Source: a virus
Taxonomy: Duplodnaviria > Caudoviricetes
DNA length: 64,000 nucleotides
Virus record (IMG/VR): IMGVR_UViG_2928826531_000001
Location: 1-64,000 of that record
Strand: one strand, 5' to 3'
Numbering within the stretch: the stretch's first letter is position 1; each line of letters starts with the position of its first letter. The translations under genes and the position numbers were made by a program. Shown here in pieces: positions 27,578-37,694 of the stretch. The notes under the pieces are model-generated. The model saw only the letters and a list, made by a program, of their open reading frames with translations, had not been told where the DNA came from and ran no database searches.

Positions 27578-28576
27578 ATGACCACTCGTCACCTGTTCAT
27601 CTCCGGACCGATGCAGTCAGGCCGGTCCGCAGCCGCCGTCGCCATGGCAAACGCCATGCACGATCAGGGCATCCCGACGGTCTTCGTGGCCCCGTGTCCC
27701 TTGGCCGCCGATCTCTGGCGGCGAACTGGGCGCCTTCGCTGCAAGGTCATCTCCGCCAGCCCTGTGACGATCGGCTCCGCACCGATGTCGTGCGTCGTTG
27801 TGGACGATGCCGAGCGCATCAAAGAGCCGCGCGAGTTCATTCTCACGGCAATCCAGCGGCAACGCACCTTCCTGCGGCCCACCATCGTATGGGTCGTGCG
27901 TCAGGACGCCCTGGGTGAGTTCCGGAAGCTGGTGGCCGAGGTCGATCCCGAAGGATTCGGCGTGGATGAGATGATGGCGGCTCAGATTGGGGAAGAACTT
28001 GGCGCCCATTCAAACGACGCCCCCCGGTCCGGCAGCGTCGTGCAGCACATAAAGGACCTGGAAGCCGAGGTCCGGGAGATCCGGGAGGAGCGCGACCGGC
28101 TGCAGACCCAGCTTGAACCGGTTCCGGGCGGTGACGCCGCGGCGTTCGACATGGCCCTGGCCCGCAAGCTTCACCCGTACTGGTGGGACGACACATGGCT
28201 GAAAAAGCGCCACGTGGACAAAGGGCAGGAAGACTACATGCGTGAGCAGCTGGCGGTGCAGGCCGGTGAGATCCGCCGCATGGTGGTCAACTGGTTTGCC
28301 GGGCAGGGCTGTGCCGTCACCCTGCCGACCGCCCAAGCCTGGGTGCTGATCAAGGGGTATTGCGGCGGGGAAGGGGTGGTCATCACGCCGGCCGGCGACG
28401 CGGAGACCGGGAGCAAGATCGCGCGGGCTATTGCGGGCGATGACTGGGGGGTCACCGCTGAGCCGGTCCCCGTAATGATCGCCGGGACTCTGCACGGGAC
28501 CAGCAAGTGGTTCGGGGATGTCTCCGGCGTGGTCAAGGCGCTCGCCGAACGTCCGGAGCCGGCCAGCCTTCCTTGA
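27578..28576 (+). CDS. hypothetical protein with a degenerate P-loop N-terminal domain
   Basis: FISGPMQSGRS (Walker A-like, K>R); VVVDDAE (Walker B-like). Confidence 0.6.
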   Translation: MTTRHLFISGPMQSGRSAAAVAMANAMHDQGIPTVFVAPCPLAADLWRRTGRLRCKVISASPVTIGSAPMSCVVVDDAERIKEPREFILTAIQRQRTFLRPTIVWVVRQDALGEFRKLVAEVDPEGFGVDEMMAAQIGEELGAHSNDAPRSGSVVQHIKDLEAEVREIREERDRLQTQLEPVPGGDAAAFDMALARKLHPYWWDDTWLKKRHVDKGQEDYMREQLAVQAGEIRRMVVNWFAGQGCAVTLPTAQAWVLIKGYCGGEGVVITPAGDAETGSKIARAIAGDDWGVTAEPVPVMIAGTLHGTSKWFGDVSGVVKALAERPEPASLP

Positions 28577-28738
28577 GGCCGAGGCGGGCGGCATGATACA
28601 CCATGCTAGGTGCTTCGCAGTGCCTCCTGAACCGGCACTCCCACGACATTCCGAGAAGGCCGACCGGCGTTCGTCCGGCGGCCTTCGCCATGCCTGCATG
28701 CCCGCGGGTGTGGTCGGCGTCTGACCGAAGGAGCGCGC

Positions 28739-29431
28739 ATGGCCGCTAAGAAATTCATGAACGGGACCGAGTACGCCACCCACTGCGGCGTGACGAAGAT
28801 GACCGTCAGCCGCTGGACGAAGCGGGACGGATTCCCGATCAAGGATGGGAAGATCGATGTGGCGGCGGCCGACGCCTGGCGCGAGGCCAACCTTGACGCC
28901 AGCAAGCCGCGATCGAGCGTGAACCCGGCCGCTGCGCCGCCCGCCGCCGCGGCCAAGCCGACCCGGAAAACTCCTGTCCCAACGCCCACGGCGCCGGAAT
29001 CGCCCGCGGACCTGCCGCCCGATCTGGCCGGCGCGGTCCTGCTCATGCCGGATGGCACGCAAACCCTGCTTGCCGAGATTCCGAGCTTCGCCGCGTCCCA
29101 GGCGGCGAAGATGTACTACGACGCCGAGATGAAAAAGCGCGAGGTGCTGGCGCACGACAAGGAACACATTCCGAAGGTGGAGGTCCTGGCGGCGACCGAA
29201 ACCATGGTGTCGATGTTCCGCGCCGAATTCATGGGTCTGGGTCGCCGCGTCGCGCCGATGCTCGAAGGTAAGCCGCTCGCCGAGCGCGCGGACATCATCC
29301 AGGATCAGGCCCGCACGGTGCTGGAGCGCATGGCACGCAAGATCACCGCCGCGGCTCAGGGCGACTTCGATGAACAGGCGGATGCCGACGGCGATGAGGA
29401 TGGCGACGCGGATCCGGCGGAGCGGGGCTGA
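28739..29431 (+). CDS. terS: terminase small subunit
   Basis: N-terminal wHTH (EYATHCGVTKMTVSRW...GKIDV..AD.W); directly upstream of terL. Confidence 0.85.
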   Translation: MAAKKFMNGTEYATHCGVTKMTVSRWTKRDGFPIKDGKIDVAAADAWREANLDASKPRSSVNPAAAPPAAAAKPTRKTPVPTPTAPESPADLPPDLAGAVLLMPDGTQTLLAEIPSFAASQAAKMYYDAEMKKREVLAHDKEHIPKVEVLAATETMVSMFRAEFMGLGRRVAPMLEGKPLAERADIIQDQARTVLERMARKITAAAQGDFDEQADADGDEDGDADPAERG

Positions 29432-29434
29432 CCG

Positions 29435-31465
29435 ATGAGCCAGATGTCCCCGGGGGCCGCAGAACTGCTGGGGCGGTGGGCTAGTCTCCTGCGCCCACCA
29501 CCCAAACGGTTCACCGACGAATGGGCCGCAGAGAGCGTCGAGATGCCGCCGACGTCGGGCATCCCCGGCCCCTATGACGCCTCGCGCACTCCCTACGTGA
29601 TTCCGATCATGCGGGCCTTCGATAACCCGCGCTGGAAGATGATCGTGGTCGTCATGGGGTCGCAGATGGGCAAGACGCTCGCGTTCGCGATCATCATCGG
29701 CCGCCGCATGGACGACGACCCGGTCCCGATCATGTATGTGGGTCCGGACCGCAACTTCGTGGAAGACACCTTCGAGCCGCAATTCATCTCGCTTGTGAAG
29801 TCGTGCAAATCGCTGTTCCGGAAGACGATCTGGGGAAAGGCGCACAAGAAGGTCCGCAAGATCATCAACGGTGCGGTGCTCCGTCTGGCCTGGGCCGGCT
29901 CCGCCTCCCAGCTCGCCGGCCAGCCCGCTGGCATGGTGCTGGTGGACGAACGTGACCGCATGGGCGATGACGTCAAGGACGAAGGCGACCCGGTAACCCT
30001 CGGCGGGGCCCGCCTGCACTCCTACGCCAACGGCAAGGTCGGGGTGATCTCTACCCCTCTTGTGGGCAACGTCGACACCTACGTGCACCCGGACACAGGG
30101 CTGGAGCACTGGAAGTATTCGGACCCCGATGACTTGACCAGCCCAACGTGGAAGCTGTGGCAGGAGGGAACCCGCTTCGAATGGGCGTGGCCGTGCCCGC
30201 ATTGCGGGGAATACTTCATTCCGCGGCTGTCCCGCCTCACCTGGAACAAGCCGGAAGGGCGCAAGGTTACACCGGCGGAAGCGGCCCGCTCTGCTCGCAT
30301 GACCTGTCCGAACCCAGCGTGCGACAGCAACACGCACGGGCTGGTGATCGATGATTCCCACAAGGTGTGGATGAACGAGCGCGCCGTCTTCGTGGCCCCC
30401 GGGCAGCGCGTAGAGAAGGACGGGACGGTGGTCGGTGAACTGCCCGACACCGACATCGCCAGCTTCTGGGTGTCCGGCCTTGCGTCCAATTTCGTGTCGT
30501 GGGGCGATCGCGCGAAGGAGTTCGTCAAGGCCGCCCGGTCCAAGAACAAGAAGGCCATCCAGGCGACCATCAACACCGGCTTCGGCGAGTTGTACCGCCT
30601 GTCTGGAGACGCGCCGAAGCATGACGTGGTGCTGGCCTGCCGCCTTCCTTACGCCTCGGGGGAGGTGCCCTATGGCGTGCAGAAGCTGAGCCTCACCGTC
30701 GACGTCCAGAAAGACCGCCTCTATTACGTCGTCCGGGGTTGGGGCGCCCGGTGGGAGAGCTGGCTCATCAAGGCGGACGCGCTGTTCGGCGAAACCGACC
30801 AGGATCACGTCTGGAACGACCTCGCCGACGTGCTGCAGGCTGAGTACCAAGGGTTCACGATCTCTCTGTGCCTGATCGACTACGGTTATCGTCCGGGCGA
30901 CAAGGAGAAACGGCCGACGCACGCAGTCGCGGACTTCTGCCGGCGGTTCGGGTTCCACCGGGCGCGCCCGATCCAGGGCAAGGCGGAACTGCCGAGGCCC
31001 ATCATGACCTTCAAGCTCGACGTCGACACCAAGGGCAAGACCAGGACCTATGGCGTGACTGGCCACCACCTTGACACGGACGTGTTCAAGACCTGGGTGC
31101 ACGGGCGTTTGGAATGGCCGGCGGACCAGCCCGGCGGCTGGCACCTGCCGGAGGACATCGACGAGGATTACGCCCGCCAGATCGTTTCGGAAAGCCGCAT
31201 GGCGCTGCCGTCGGGCAAAGGCAAATGGGTGAAGCACGGCGAGAACCACTACCTGGATGCGGAGATGATGCAACGCGCGGCGGCCGAGCTCATGGGCGTG
31301 GCGACCATGCAGCCGCTGCCCGAACAGACGCCGATGGCTGCTGATGAAGAGGAAGAGGCCCCGCGGGTGCGGCTGGCCAATCCCCCGCCAAAGACGGCCG
31401 AGGCCGCGACGGTCCGCCAGAACAGTTGGCTGGGCAATGCACGGAAGGATTGGCTGCGCCGATAG
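29435..31465 (+). CDS. terL: terminase large subunit, lambda GpA family
   Basis: GPY..SRTPY; SQMGKT; LVDERDR; ISTP; PCPHCGE; TVDVQKDR; NHYLDAE. Confidence 0.96.
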   Translation: MSQMSPGAAELLGRWASLLRPPPKRFTDEWAAESVEMPPTSGIPGPYDASRTPYVIPIMRAFDNPRWKMIVVVMGSQMGKTLAFAIIIGRRMDDDPVPIMYVGPDRNFVEDTFEPQFISLVKSCKSLFRKTIWGKAHKKVRKIINGAVLRLAWAGSASQLAGQPAGMVLVDERDRMGDDVKDEGDPVTLGGARLHSYANGKVGVISTPLVGNVDTYVHPDTGLEHWKYSDPDDLTSPTWKLWQEGTRFEWAWPCPHCGEYFIPRLSRLTWNKPEGRKVTPAEAARSARMTCPNPACDSNTHGLVIDDSHKVWMNERAVFVAPGQRVEKDGTVVGELPDTDIASFWVSGLASNFVSWGDRAKEFVKAARSKNKKAIQATINTGFGELYRLSGDAPKHDVVLACRLPYASGEVPYGVQKLSLTVDVQKDRLYYVVRGWGARWESWLIKADALFGETDQDHVWNDLADVLQAEYQGFTISLCLIDYGYRPGDKEKRPTHAVADFCRRFGFHRARPIQGKAELPRPIMTFKLDVDTKGKTRTYGVTGHHLDTDVFKTWVHGRLEWPADQPGGWHLPEDIDEDYARQIVSESRMALPSGKGKWVKHGENHYLDAEMMQRAAAELMGVATMQPLPEQTPMAADEEEEAPRVRLANPPPKTAEAATVRQNSWLGNARKDWLRR

Positions 31466-31484
31466 CGTCGGCACGCGCGAAATC

Positions 31485-31525
31485 GGTTGCCCTGCCAAGA
31501 TCAAGCTGGTATGTAGGCTATGGTG
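31485..31525 (+). promoter_or_regulatory. putative late promoter/activator site
   Basis: GGTTGC-N3-GCCAAGA-N16-GCTATGGTG, same architecture at 41381; followed by a hairpin at 31547-31578. Confidence 0.6.
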
Positions 31526-31667
31526 TCACGTATTGGCATTTGAGCGAAGGCCGCATCCGCAAGGATCGCGGCCTTTTCCGTTTCCGGCCCGTGAGTGCCA
31601 CGCAGAATGGCGCTTGGCGCCTCGTCTGTTCGCGCCTGCCGCCGATTCCTGACCAGCGAGATCGCCC

Positions 31668-31886
31668 ATGGCCCTCACCCAAGCCTTTCTGGACAAGCTG
31701 GTGCAGGCCTGGGCCACCGGTGCGCGCCGTGTCGAATACAGCGGCACCGTGACCGAGTTCACGTCGGGCGCCGATCTGGAGCGCCGGATTGCCGTCACCG
31801 CGAACGCGCTCGGCGTGCCGAACCCGCTCAGCGCCGCGGCTCCGGCCGCCCGCGCGCCATCCATCCTTTTGCAGTTCCGCCGGTAG
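31668..31886 (+). CDS. gpW-like head-tail joining protein
   Basis: LDKL..A.ATGARRVEY.G.V.EF.S..DL; lies between terL and portal. Confidence 0.85.
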   Translation: MALTQAFLDKLVQAWATGARRVEYSGTVTEFTSGADLERRIAVTANALGVPNPLSAAAPAARAPSILLQFRR

Positions 31887-31890
31887 CGCC

Positions 31891-33483
31891 ATGAAAGCCA
31901 ACTGGCTCGATCGCGCCATCGGGGTCGTCTCCCCGGCGGCGCAGCTCCAGCGCATGCGTCATCGGGCGGCCATCGATGTGATGGCGCGCGCCTACGATGC
32001 GGCCCAGCCGAGCCGCCGCCGCGAAGGCCGGCGTCCGCCGAACACGGGCGCGAACGCCGAAACCTGGTCGTCTTTGCGCGTGCTGCGCGGCGCCTCGCGC
32101 GAGGCCGTACGGAATTCCGGGTACGCGGCGAAAGCCGTCCGAACCTTGGCGACCAAGCTGGTCGGCACCGGAATCACCCCGCGCGCGGATACCAAGAACG
32201 AGAAGCTCGACAAGGAGATCAATGACGCCTTCGAGATCTGGCGGAAGGAGTGCGACGCGGCCGGTACGCACGATTACTATGGCCTGCAACGTCTCGCCGC
32301 CCGGTCCTTCTTCGAAGGGGGTGAGGCGCTGACCAGAAAGCGGATGCGCTTCCGCCGCGACGGCCTGTATGTGCCGCTCGAGCTCCAGATGCTGGAGCCG
32401 GATCATCTGGACGAGACGAAAAACGAGATCATGGCCAATGGCCGCATCGTCCAGGGCATCGAGACCAGCAACGGGCGCGAGCGCCGGGTGGCCTACTGGC
32501 TCTTTCCAGACCATCCCGGCGAACGCGTTGGCCTGATCCGTGGCGGCGGCCTTGAGCCGAAGTCGGTGCCGGCCGACGAGGTGGCGCACTTCTATGACAA
32601 GCTGCGCATCGGGCAGCAGCGTGGCGTGCCCTGGCTTACGTCCGTCCTGATCGCCCTGGAAGATCTGGGCGACTACCGCGTCTCGGAGCAGATGCGGAAG
32701 AAGCTGGAAGCGTGCTTCGTCGGCGCGGTCATTGGGGAGGGGGACGGCAACGACGGTCAGCTTGGGCCGCGCGCGGTCGACGCAACGGGCCAGCTTGTCG
32801 AGACCGTTTCGCCCGGTATGCTGTTCCGCGCCACCGGCGCCAAGCAAGTCCAGTTTCACCAGCCGACCACCAACCCGGACTACCCGGGCTACATCAAAAG
32901 CGAGTTGCGCGGCGTCGCCGCCGGCGCGTGCATGACGTACGAGCTGCTGACCGCCGACCTATCGGACGTCAACTATTCCAGCTACCGGGCCGGTCTGAAC
33001 GACTTCCACGCGATGATCGATCAGCTTCAGTGGCTCGACTTCATCCCGATGTGGTGCGAGCCGACGTGGCGCTGGTTCATCGACGCGGCCTATCTGGCGG
33101 GCCGCATCTCGCAGCGTCATTACGGCGTCGCCTGGGAGCCCCCGAAGTTCGTGTCCCCGGACCCGCTCAAGGACTTCCTCGCCGATTTGGGCGAGGTGCG
33201 CGCCGGCTTCCAGGCGCCGCAGCAGGCGATCGCGCGCCGGGGCTACAACTGGCGCGAACTGCTCGCCCAGCACATCGAGTGGAAGAAGGCCGTCGGCGAC
33301 GCTGGCCTGGTGTTCGACATCGACCCGAGCAAGGTCACCAAGACCGGTGCGGCGAACAACGTCCAAGATGCGCCGCCGGGCGACCGCGCCATGACGCTCG
33401 CCCGCGCCGCGCTCGACATGCTTGAGGCTGAGGGCGATCCCGACGCCGCCACGCTCCGCGCCCTGATCGAGCAGCGCGGCTAA
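31891..33483 (+). CDS. portal protein, lambda family
   Basis: NWLDRAIG..SP; AYDAA; VGTGI.P; QQRGVPWL; TYE.LT.DLS.VNYSS.RAG; DPLKD. Confidence 0.96.
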   Translation: MKANWLDRAIGVVSPAAQLQRMRHRAAIDVMARAYDAAQPSRRREGRRPPNTGANAETWSSLRVLRGASREAVRNSGYAAKAVRTLATKLVGTGITPRADTKNEKLDKEINDAFEIWRKECDAAGTHDYYGLQRLAARSFFEGGEALTRKRMRFRRDGLYVPLELQMLEPDHLDETKNEIMANGRIVQGIETSNGRERRVAYWLFPDHPGERVGLIRGGGLEPKSVPADEVAHFYDKLRIGQQRGVPWLTSVLIALEDLGDYRVSEQMRKKLEACFVGAVIGEGDGNDGQLGPRAVDATGQLVETVSPGMLFRATGAKQVQFHQPTTNPDYPGYIKSELRGVAAGACMTYELLTADLSDVNYSSYRAGLNDFHAMIDQLQWLDFIPMWCEPTWRWFIDAAYLAGRISQRHYGVAWEPPKFVSPDPLKDFLADLGEVRAGFQAPQQAIARRGYNWRELLAQHIEWKKAVGDAGLVFDIDPSKVTKTGAANNVQDAPPGDRAMTLARAALDMLEAEGDPDAATLRALIEQRG

Positions 33484-33503
33484 CTCCAGCAACCGGAGAA
33501 ACC

Positions 33504-35618
33504 ATGACGACACCGACCCAAGGGGCGGCGCCGGGCGGTGCCGCTTCGCAGCAGCGCGGCACGCCGGACCAGCCCATTCAGATGCGGGCCGCCAACCTGG
33601 AGCCGGCCTCCTTCAACGCGGATGACCGCACGGTCGAGCTGGTGGCCTCCACCGGTGCCACCGTCCGCCGCTATGACTGGTGGACCGGCGAGCAGTACGA
33701 CGAGGTGCTGCTGGTCACCGCCGACGCGGTGGATCTGACCCGGTTCGAGGCCGGCAGCGTGCCGATCCTGAACGCCCACAGCCAGTGGGAGGTGAAGGAC
33801 ATCATGGGCGCCGCCGTCCCCGGCACGGCCCGCTTTGAGAGCGGCAGCCTGATCCTGACGGCCAAGCTGTCGTCCCGCGACGACGTTGCCGGGTTCGCCC
33901 AGGATGTCGCCGACGGCATCATCCGCAACGTCTCGGTCGGTTACCGCGTCCTCGGCTACGAGGTTGACGAAACCACCAAGCCGAAAACCCGCACCATCAC
34001 GAAGTGGGAGCTTCTAGAGGTGTCCTTCGTCCCGGTCGGTGCCGACGGCGCGGCCGGAACGCGCGCCTTGCCGGACACCGCTCCCGCTCAGGCCCGCCAC
34101 GCGGAGGGCGCCCAGCCCGCCGCTACCGTCAACGTGACCATCGACACGGCCGGCATTGCCACAGCCGTGACCGACGCCGTTTCCCGCGCGGTCGCCGCGC
34201 ACTCCCCCCACCAGGACAGCCAAGGAGACACCCGCATGTCCGTGCAGACCAATCCGGCGGCCGAGCCCACGCCGTCCGAGTCCCCGATCGAGAACCGCTC
34301 GGCCCCGCCGCAGCCCGCCGCTCCGGCGCCGGCCCCCGCCCCGGATCTGACCGCCATCCGGGCGGCCGAAGACGCGCGCCTGCGGGAAATCCGCTCCATC
34401 GCCGCCAACCCGGCCTTCGGCGTCGGCGACGAGATGCTGTCGCGTGCGATCACCGATGGCACCTCGGTCGCTGACTTCCGCGCCGTGGTGCTGGAGGAGA
34501 TGGGCAAGCGTCACGCGCAGCAGCCGGAGACGCACGGCAGCATCACCATCGTGCGCGATGAGGGTCAGACCCGCGCCGACTCCGTGGTCGAGTACCTGCT
34601 GTACCGCACGGATCCGAACCGCAACAAGCTGACCGAGCGCGCCCGCGGCTTCGTCGGCTGCAGCATGGTCGAGTTGGCCCGCGAGTTCGTCGGCGGTGGC
34701 GCCCGTGGCCTGGACCGTGCCGAGATCGTCCGGCGCGCCATGCACACCACCTCGGACTTCCCCTACGTGCTGGGCGCGACGCTGCGTCGCACGCTGCGGA
34801 CCAGCTACGAGAGCGTGGCGCTCACCTTCACGCCGTTCGCCCGGCGCACCACGCTGGCCGACTTCCGCGCGACCTCCCGCGTCCGCCTGGGCGCGGCGCC
34901 GTCGCTGCTGAAGGTGAACGAGGCGGGCGAGATCAAGGCCGGCAGCTTCAAGGACACCGGGGCGTCGATCCAGCTGGAGACCTACGCGCGCCAGCTTCGG
35001 GTGACCCGCCAGATGCTGATCAACGACGATCTGAGCGCCTTCACCCAGATCCCGGTGGCCTTTGGCGCGGCGGCGGCCCGCCTGCAGAACGACCTTGTGT
35101 GGGGTCTGATCACCAGCAACCCGGTGCTCGCCGACGGCAATCCGCTGTTCGACGCCTCTCACGGCAACTTGGCTGCGGCCGGAACGGCGCTGTCCGTGAA
35201 GTCCATCGCCACGGCCGACGCCGCTATGGGCAAGCAACAGGACGACAACGGCGCCGATCTGAACCTGATGCTGCGGTGGCTCCTGGTGCCGCGCGAGCTG
35301 CGCCAGGTGACCGACACCATCATCGCCGGCAAGGTCACCGCGACCAAGGCCGACGATGCGGTGCCGGCGTACATGACCGACCTCGGCTACGTCACCGACG
35401 GGCGCCTGTCGCGCGCCTCGGCCACCTCCTGGTACGGCGTCTGCGACCCCAACGCCTTCGACACGCTGGAATTCGCGTACCTCGAAGGCGAGGAGGGCGT
35501 GCAGACCACGGACATGGAGAAGGTCCAGGGCGTGGACGGCCTTGCCATGGAGGCTCGCCTGGACTTCGCGGCGGCCATCATCGACCACCGCGGCTTCTAC
35601 AAGAACCCGGGCGCCTGA
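33504..35618 (+). CDS. prohead protease-major capsid fusion protein
   Basis: RTVELVASTGA.V.R; ILNAH; GIIRNVSVGY; ELLEVSFVPVGAD; MHTTSDFP; AYLEG.EG; RG.YKNPGA. Confidence 0.95.
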   Translation: MTTPTQGAAPGGAASQQRGTPDQPIQMRAANLEPASFNADDRTVELVASTGATVRRYDWWTGEQYDEVLLVTADAVDLTRFEAGSVPILNAHSQWEVKDIMGAAVPGTARFESGSLILTAKLSSRDDVAGFAQDVADGIIRNVSVGYRVLGYEVDETTKPKTRTITKWELLEVSFVPVGADGAAGTRALPDTAPAQARHAEGAQPAATVNVTIDTAGIATAVTDAVSRAVAAHSPHQDSQGDTRMSVQTNPAAEPTPSESPIENRSAPPQPAAPAPAPAPDLTAIRAAEDARLREIRSIAANPAFGVGDEMLSRAITDGTSVADFRAVVLEEMGKRHAQQPETHGSITIVRDEGQTRADSVVEYLLYRTDPNRNKLTERARGFVGCSMVELAREFVGGGARGLDRAEIVRRAMHTTSDFPYVLGATLRRTLRTSYESVALTFTPFARRTTLADFRATSRVRLGAAPSLLKVNEAGEIKAGSFKDTGASIQLETYARQLRVTRQMLINDDLSAFTQIPVAFGAAAARLQNDLVWGLITSNPVLADGNPLFDASHGNLAAAGTALSVKSIATADAAMGKQQDDNGADLNLMLRWLLVPRELRQVTDTIIAGKVTATKADDAVPAYMTDLGYVTDGRLSRASATSWYGVCDPNAFDTLEFAYLEGEEGVQTTDMEKVQGVDGLAMEARLDFAAAIIDHRGFYKNPGA

Positions 35619-35641
35619 TCGGCTCCCGCGTGGTGACCCAT

Positions 35642-35673
35642 AGGGCGGCCGGATGGTCGCCCTTTTCCTTTTT
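35642..35673 (+). terminator. intrinsic terminator after the capsid gene
   Basis: AGGGCGGCC-GGAT-GGTCGCCCT followed by a T-rich tail. Confidence 0.75.
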
Positions 35674-35687
35674 CCGGGAGTATCGGC

Positions 35688-36026
35688 ATGCGTAATTACG
35701 TGCAGGAGGGATGCACCCTCACTCTGACCGCCCCCTACGACGTGGCCAGCGGCAACGGTCTGCTGGTCGGTTCGATCTTCGGCGTGGCCTCGTCCAACGC
35801 GACCAATGGCGCGGTCGTGGAGGCCTGCGTGGAGGGTGTCTTCGACCTGACCGCCGAAGGCGCGGGCAGCGGACAGGACATCGCCCAGGGCGGCGCGGTT
35901 TACTGGGACAACACCGCGAAGCGGTGCACCAAGACGGCGACCAGCAACACCAAGATCGGCGTCGCTACCGAGGCCAAGGCGTCGACCGCGACCACCGTCC
36001 GTGTGCGCCTGAGCGCCGCGTTCTGA
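35688..36026 (+). CDS. DUF2190 capsid cement/decoration protein
   Basis: MRNYVQEG.TL.LTAP..VASG...VG..FGVA...EGVF.L...VYWD...T.TAT.NT.IG.A. Confidence 0.92.
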   Translation: MRNYVQEGCTLTLTAPYDVASGNGLLVGSIFGVASSNATNGAVVEACVEGVFDLTAEGAGSGQDIAQGGAVYWDNTAKRCTKTATSNTKIGVATEAKASTATTVRVRLSAAF

Positions 36027-36087
36027 CCGGGCTGGGCCGGGGCGGCACAGCGCCGCTCCGGTCCGTTCCTTTCCTGGAGGACCGGCG

Positions 36088-36393
36088 ATGACCGTCCAGA
36101 CACCCACCAACCAGAACCTTGAGTCTCTTCCGGCGATCTGCCCGGGGCAGACCATCACCGTTCCCATCGGTGCCGGCAATCAGGTGTCGCCCGCCATCGC
36201 CGCAGGCGCGGTGCGCCTCTTCGCGACGGCTACCTGCTTCGTGGCCTGTGGCGATGCTCCGGACGCCACCGCCAACGGGTTCCCACTGGGCACCGAGGCT
36301 CCGGAACTTTTCGGCTTCACCGACGGACAGAAGATCGCCGTGATCGGCCGCTCGGGCGGAACCGGGACCTTATTCGTCACGCCGGCGCTGTAG
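36088..36393 (+). CDS. hypothetical virion-associated protein
   Basis: GGAGG RBS; beta-rich VRLFAT..CFV..G..P.AT...L...E.F....G.KIAVI pattern. Confidence 0.7.
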   Translation: MTVQTPTNQNLESLPAICPGQTITVPIGAGNQVSPAIAAGAVRLFATATCFVACGDAPDATANGFPLGTEAPELFGFTDGQKIAVIGRSGGTGTLFVTPAL

Positions 36394-36444
36394 CGCCATC
36401 CCCCGACCCATCCTCGTATATCCCGATCAACGGAGCGACTCTCT

Positions 36445-37437
36445 ATGTCTTCGTCTGATGCCCACGACCTCGACGATTCCGTGTTCCGCGAGCACGCGCC
36501 GCGCATTGTCGCCGACACAATCGTCGCCGACAAGATCGTCAACGGATCCATTAGCGGCCTCCGCCTGCCCAGCTGCGAGCAGCCGACCGTGGTGCCGAAC
36601 ACCGTCACCGCGGGCCGCCTCGTCATCGGCGAGATCACCCAGGAGATGCTCGACAAGGCGCGTATCGCCGATCCCAACGACAGCCTGCACGGCGTGACCG
36701 ATTGCGGCATCCCCGGCCATCGGGTCGAGACGCACGATTGCCTGCTGCGCGCTCCCCGGCCCGGCGAACTGATCGTCGACGGCGCCATCACGGCCACCAC
36801 CATCACGCCCGGCACCATCAATATCGGCAATGCCACGGTCAACGGCGTTAAGATTGATCCGGCGAGATTCAGCGTCGACACCATCAGTGGCGGAACGATC
36901 GTAGCGCCCGCGGCCGAGATCGTCGATGGTGCGATCACTGATGCCCGCATCGTGCCGGGCGTCGAGATTGAGGGCGGCAAGATCGTCGTCGGATCGCTCC
37001 GGACCGACGGCCCGCTGCCGCTCTACAAGCCCGAGGACATTGCGTCGACGACGGTGACGCTGAAATCCGGGCACAGAATCGTTCAGAGGGGCAACCGGAT
37101 CGACATCGAGCGGCCTCTGCTGGACGAGCGCATCAAGGCCGGGTCGCCCCCCGACGGTCTGTCGCACGAGGACTGGGGCATCATTCACGCCGCCGCGGAG
37201 ATGCACAGCAACCGCTCATGGCGGGGATTCGGCGGAGTGCATCCTGAACTGGCGGCGACCATGCGCGCCATGCCCCACCCGCCCTTCGTGACCGACACGG
37301 AATGGCGCGATCTCGCGCACACCGTGGAGAAAGGGTTTCTGATCGTCGACGGCGGCTCCGCCATCAAGGCCGTCAAGCTTGAGGCGATGAGCGTTTCCCA
37401 GTCCCGCCAGGACCTTCTCCAACAGCCGACGGAGTAA
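36445..37437 (+). CDS. hypothetical protein with IVDGAIT fibre-like repeats
   Basis: ELIVDGAITA, EIVDGAITD and TIVADKIVNGSI repeats, shared with the J linkers. Confidence 0.65.
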   Translation: MSSSDAHDLDDSVFREHAPRIVADTIVADKIVNGSISGLRLPSCEQPTVVPNTVTAGRLVIGEITQEMLDKARIADPNDSLHGVTDCGIPGHRVETHDCLLRAPRPGELIVDGAITATTITPGTINIGNATVNGVKIDPARFSVDTISGGTIVAPAAEIVDGAITDARIVPGVEIEGGKIVVGSLRTDGPLPLYKPEDIASTTVTLKSGHRIVQRGNRIDIERPLLDERIKAGSPPDGLSHEDWGIIHAAAEMHSNRSWRGFGGVHPELAATMRAMPHPPFVTDTEWRDLAHTVEKGFLIVDGGSAIKAVKLEAMSVSQSRQDLLQQPTE

Positions 37438-37442
37438 ACGGC

Positions 37443-37682
37443 ATGCTCGCCTCGACCGAAGGTCCCATTGTCGTGAACCCGCTTGGCCTGATGGGGGCGC
37501 GGGTGTTTGGCGGTCCGTACGACGGCATGCCCTACGCTCTGGCGACCGCTCTCTCGTCTGGGCTTGTCGCCCCCGTCGAGTTGGAACGCCGGGGCTGGCG
37601 TTACGCCGAGGGGCCCGAGATCGCAGAGTTCGTTCCCTCATCACCACCGCCGTTCCCTGATCCCCTGTCAACCACCGCTTGA
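37443..37682 (+). CDS. hypothetical protein
   Basis: GGAG RBS; fills the operon gap. Confidence 0.5.
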   Translation: MLASTEGPIVVNPLGLMGARVFGGPYDGMPYALATALSSGLVAPVELERRGWRYAEGPEIAEFVPSSPPPFPDPLSTTA

Positions 37683-37694
37683 TGGAACGCGCCC

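Noticed and set aside
28010-31504. 1164-aa minus-strand ORF (also 34014-36179, 56041-58818, 60511-62442, 62527-63990, 17560-19062)
   Set aside because: Antisense shadows of well-supported high-GC genes; no recognisable motifs.
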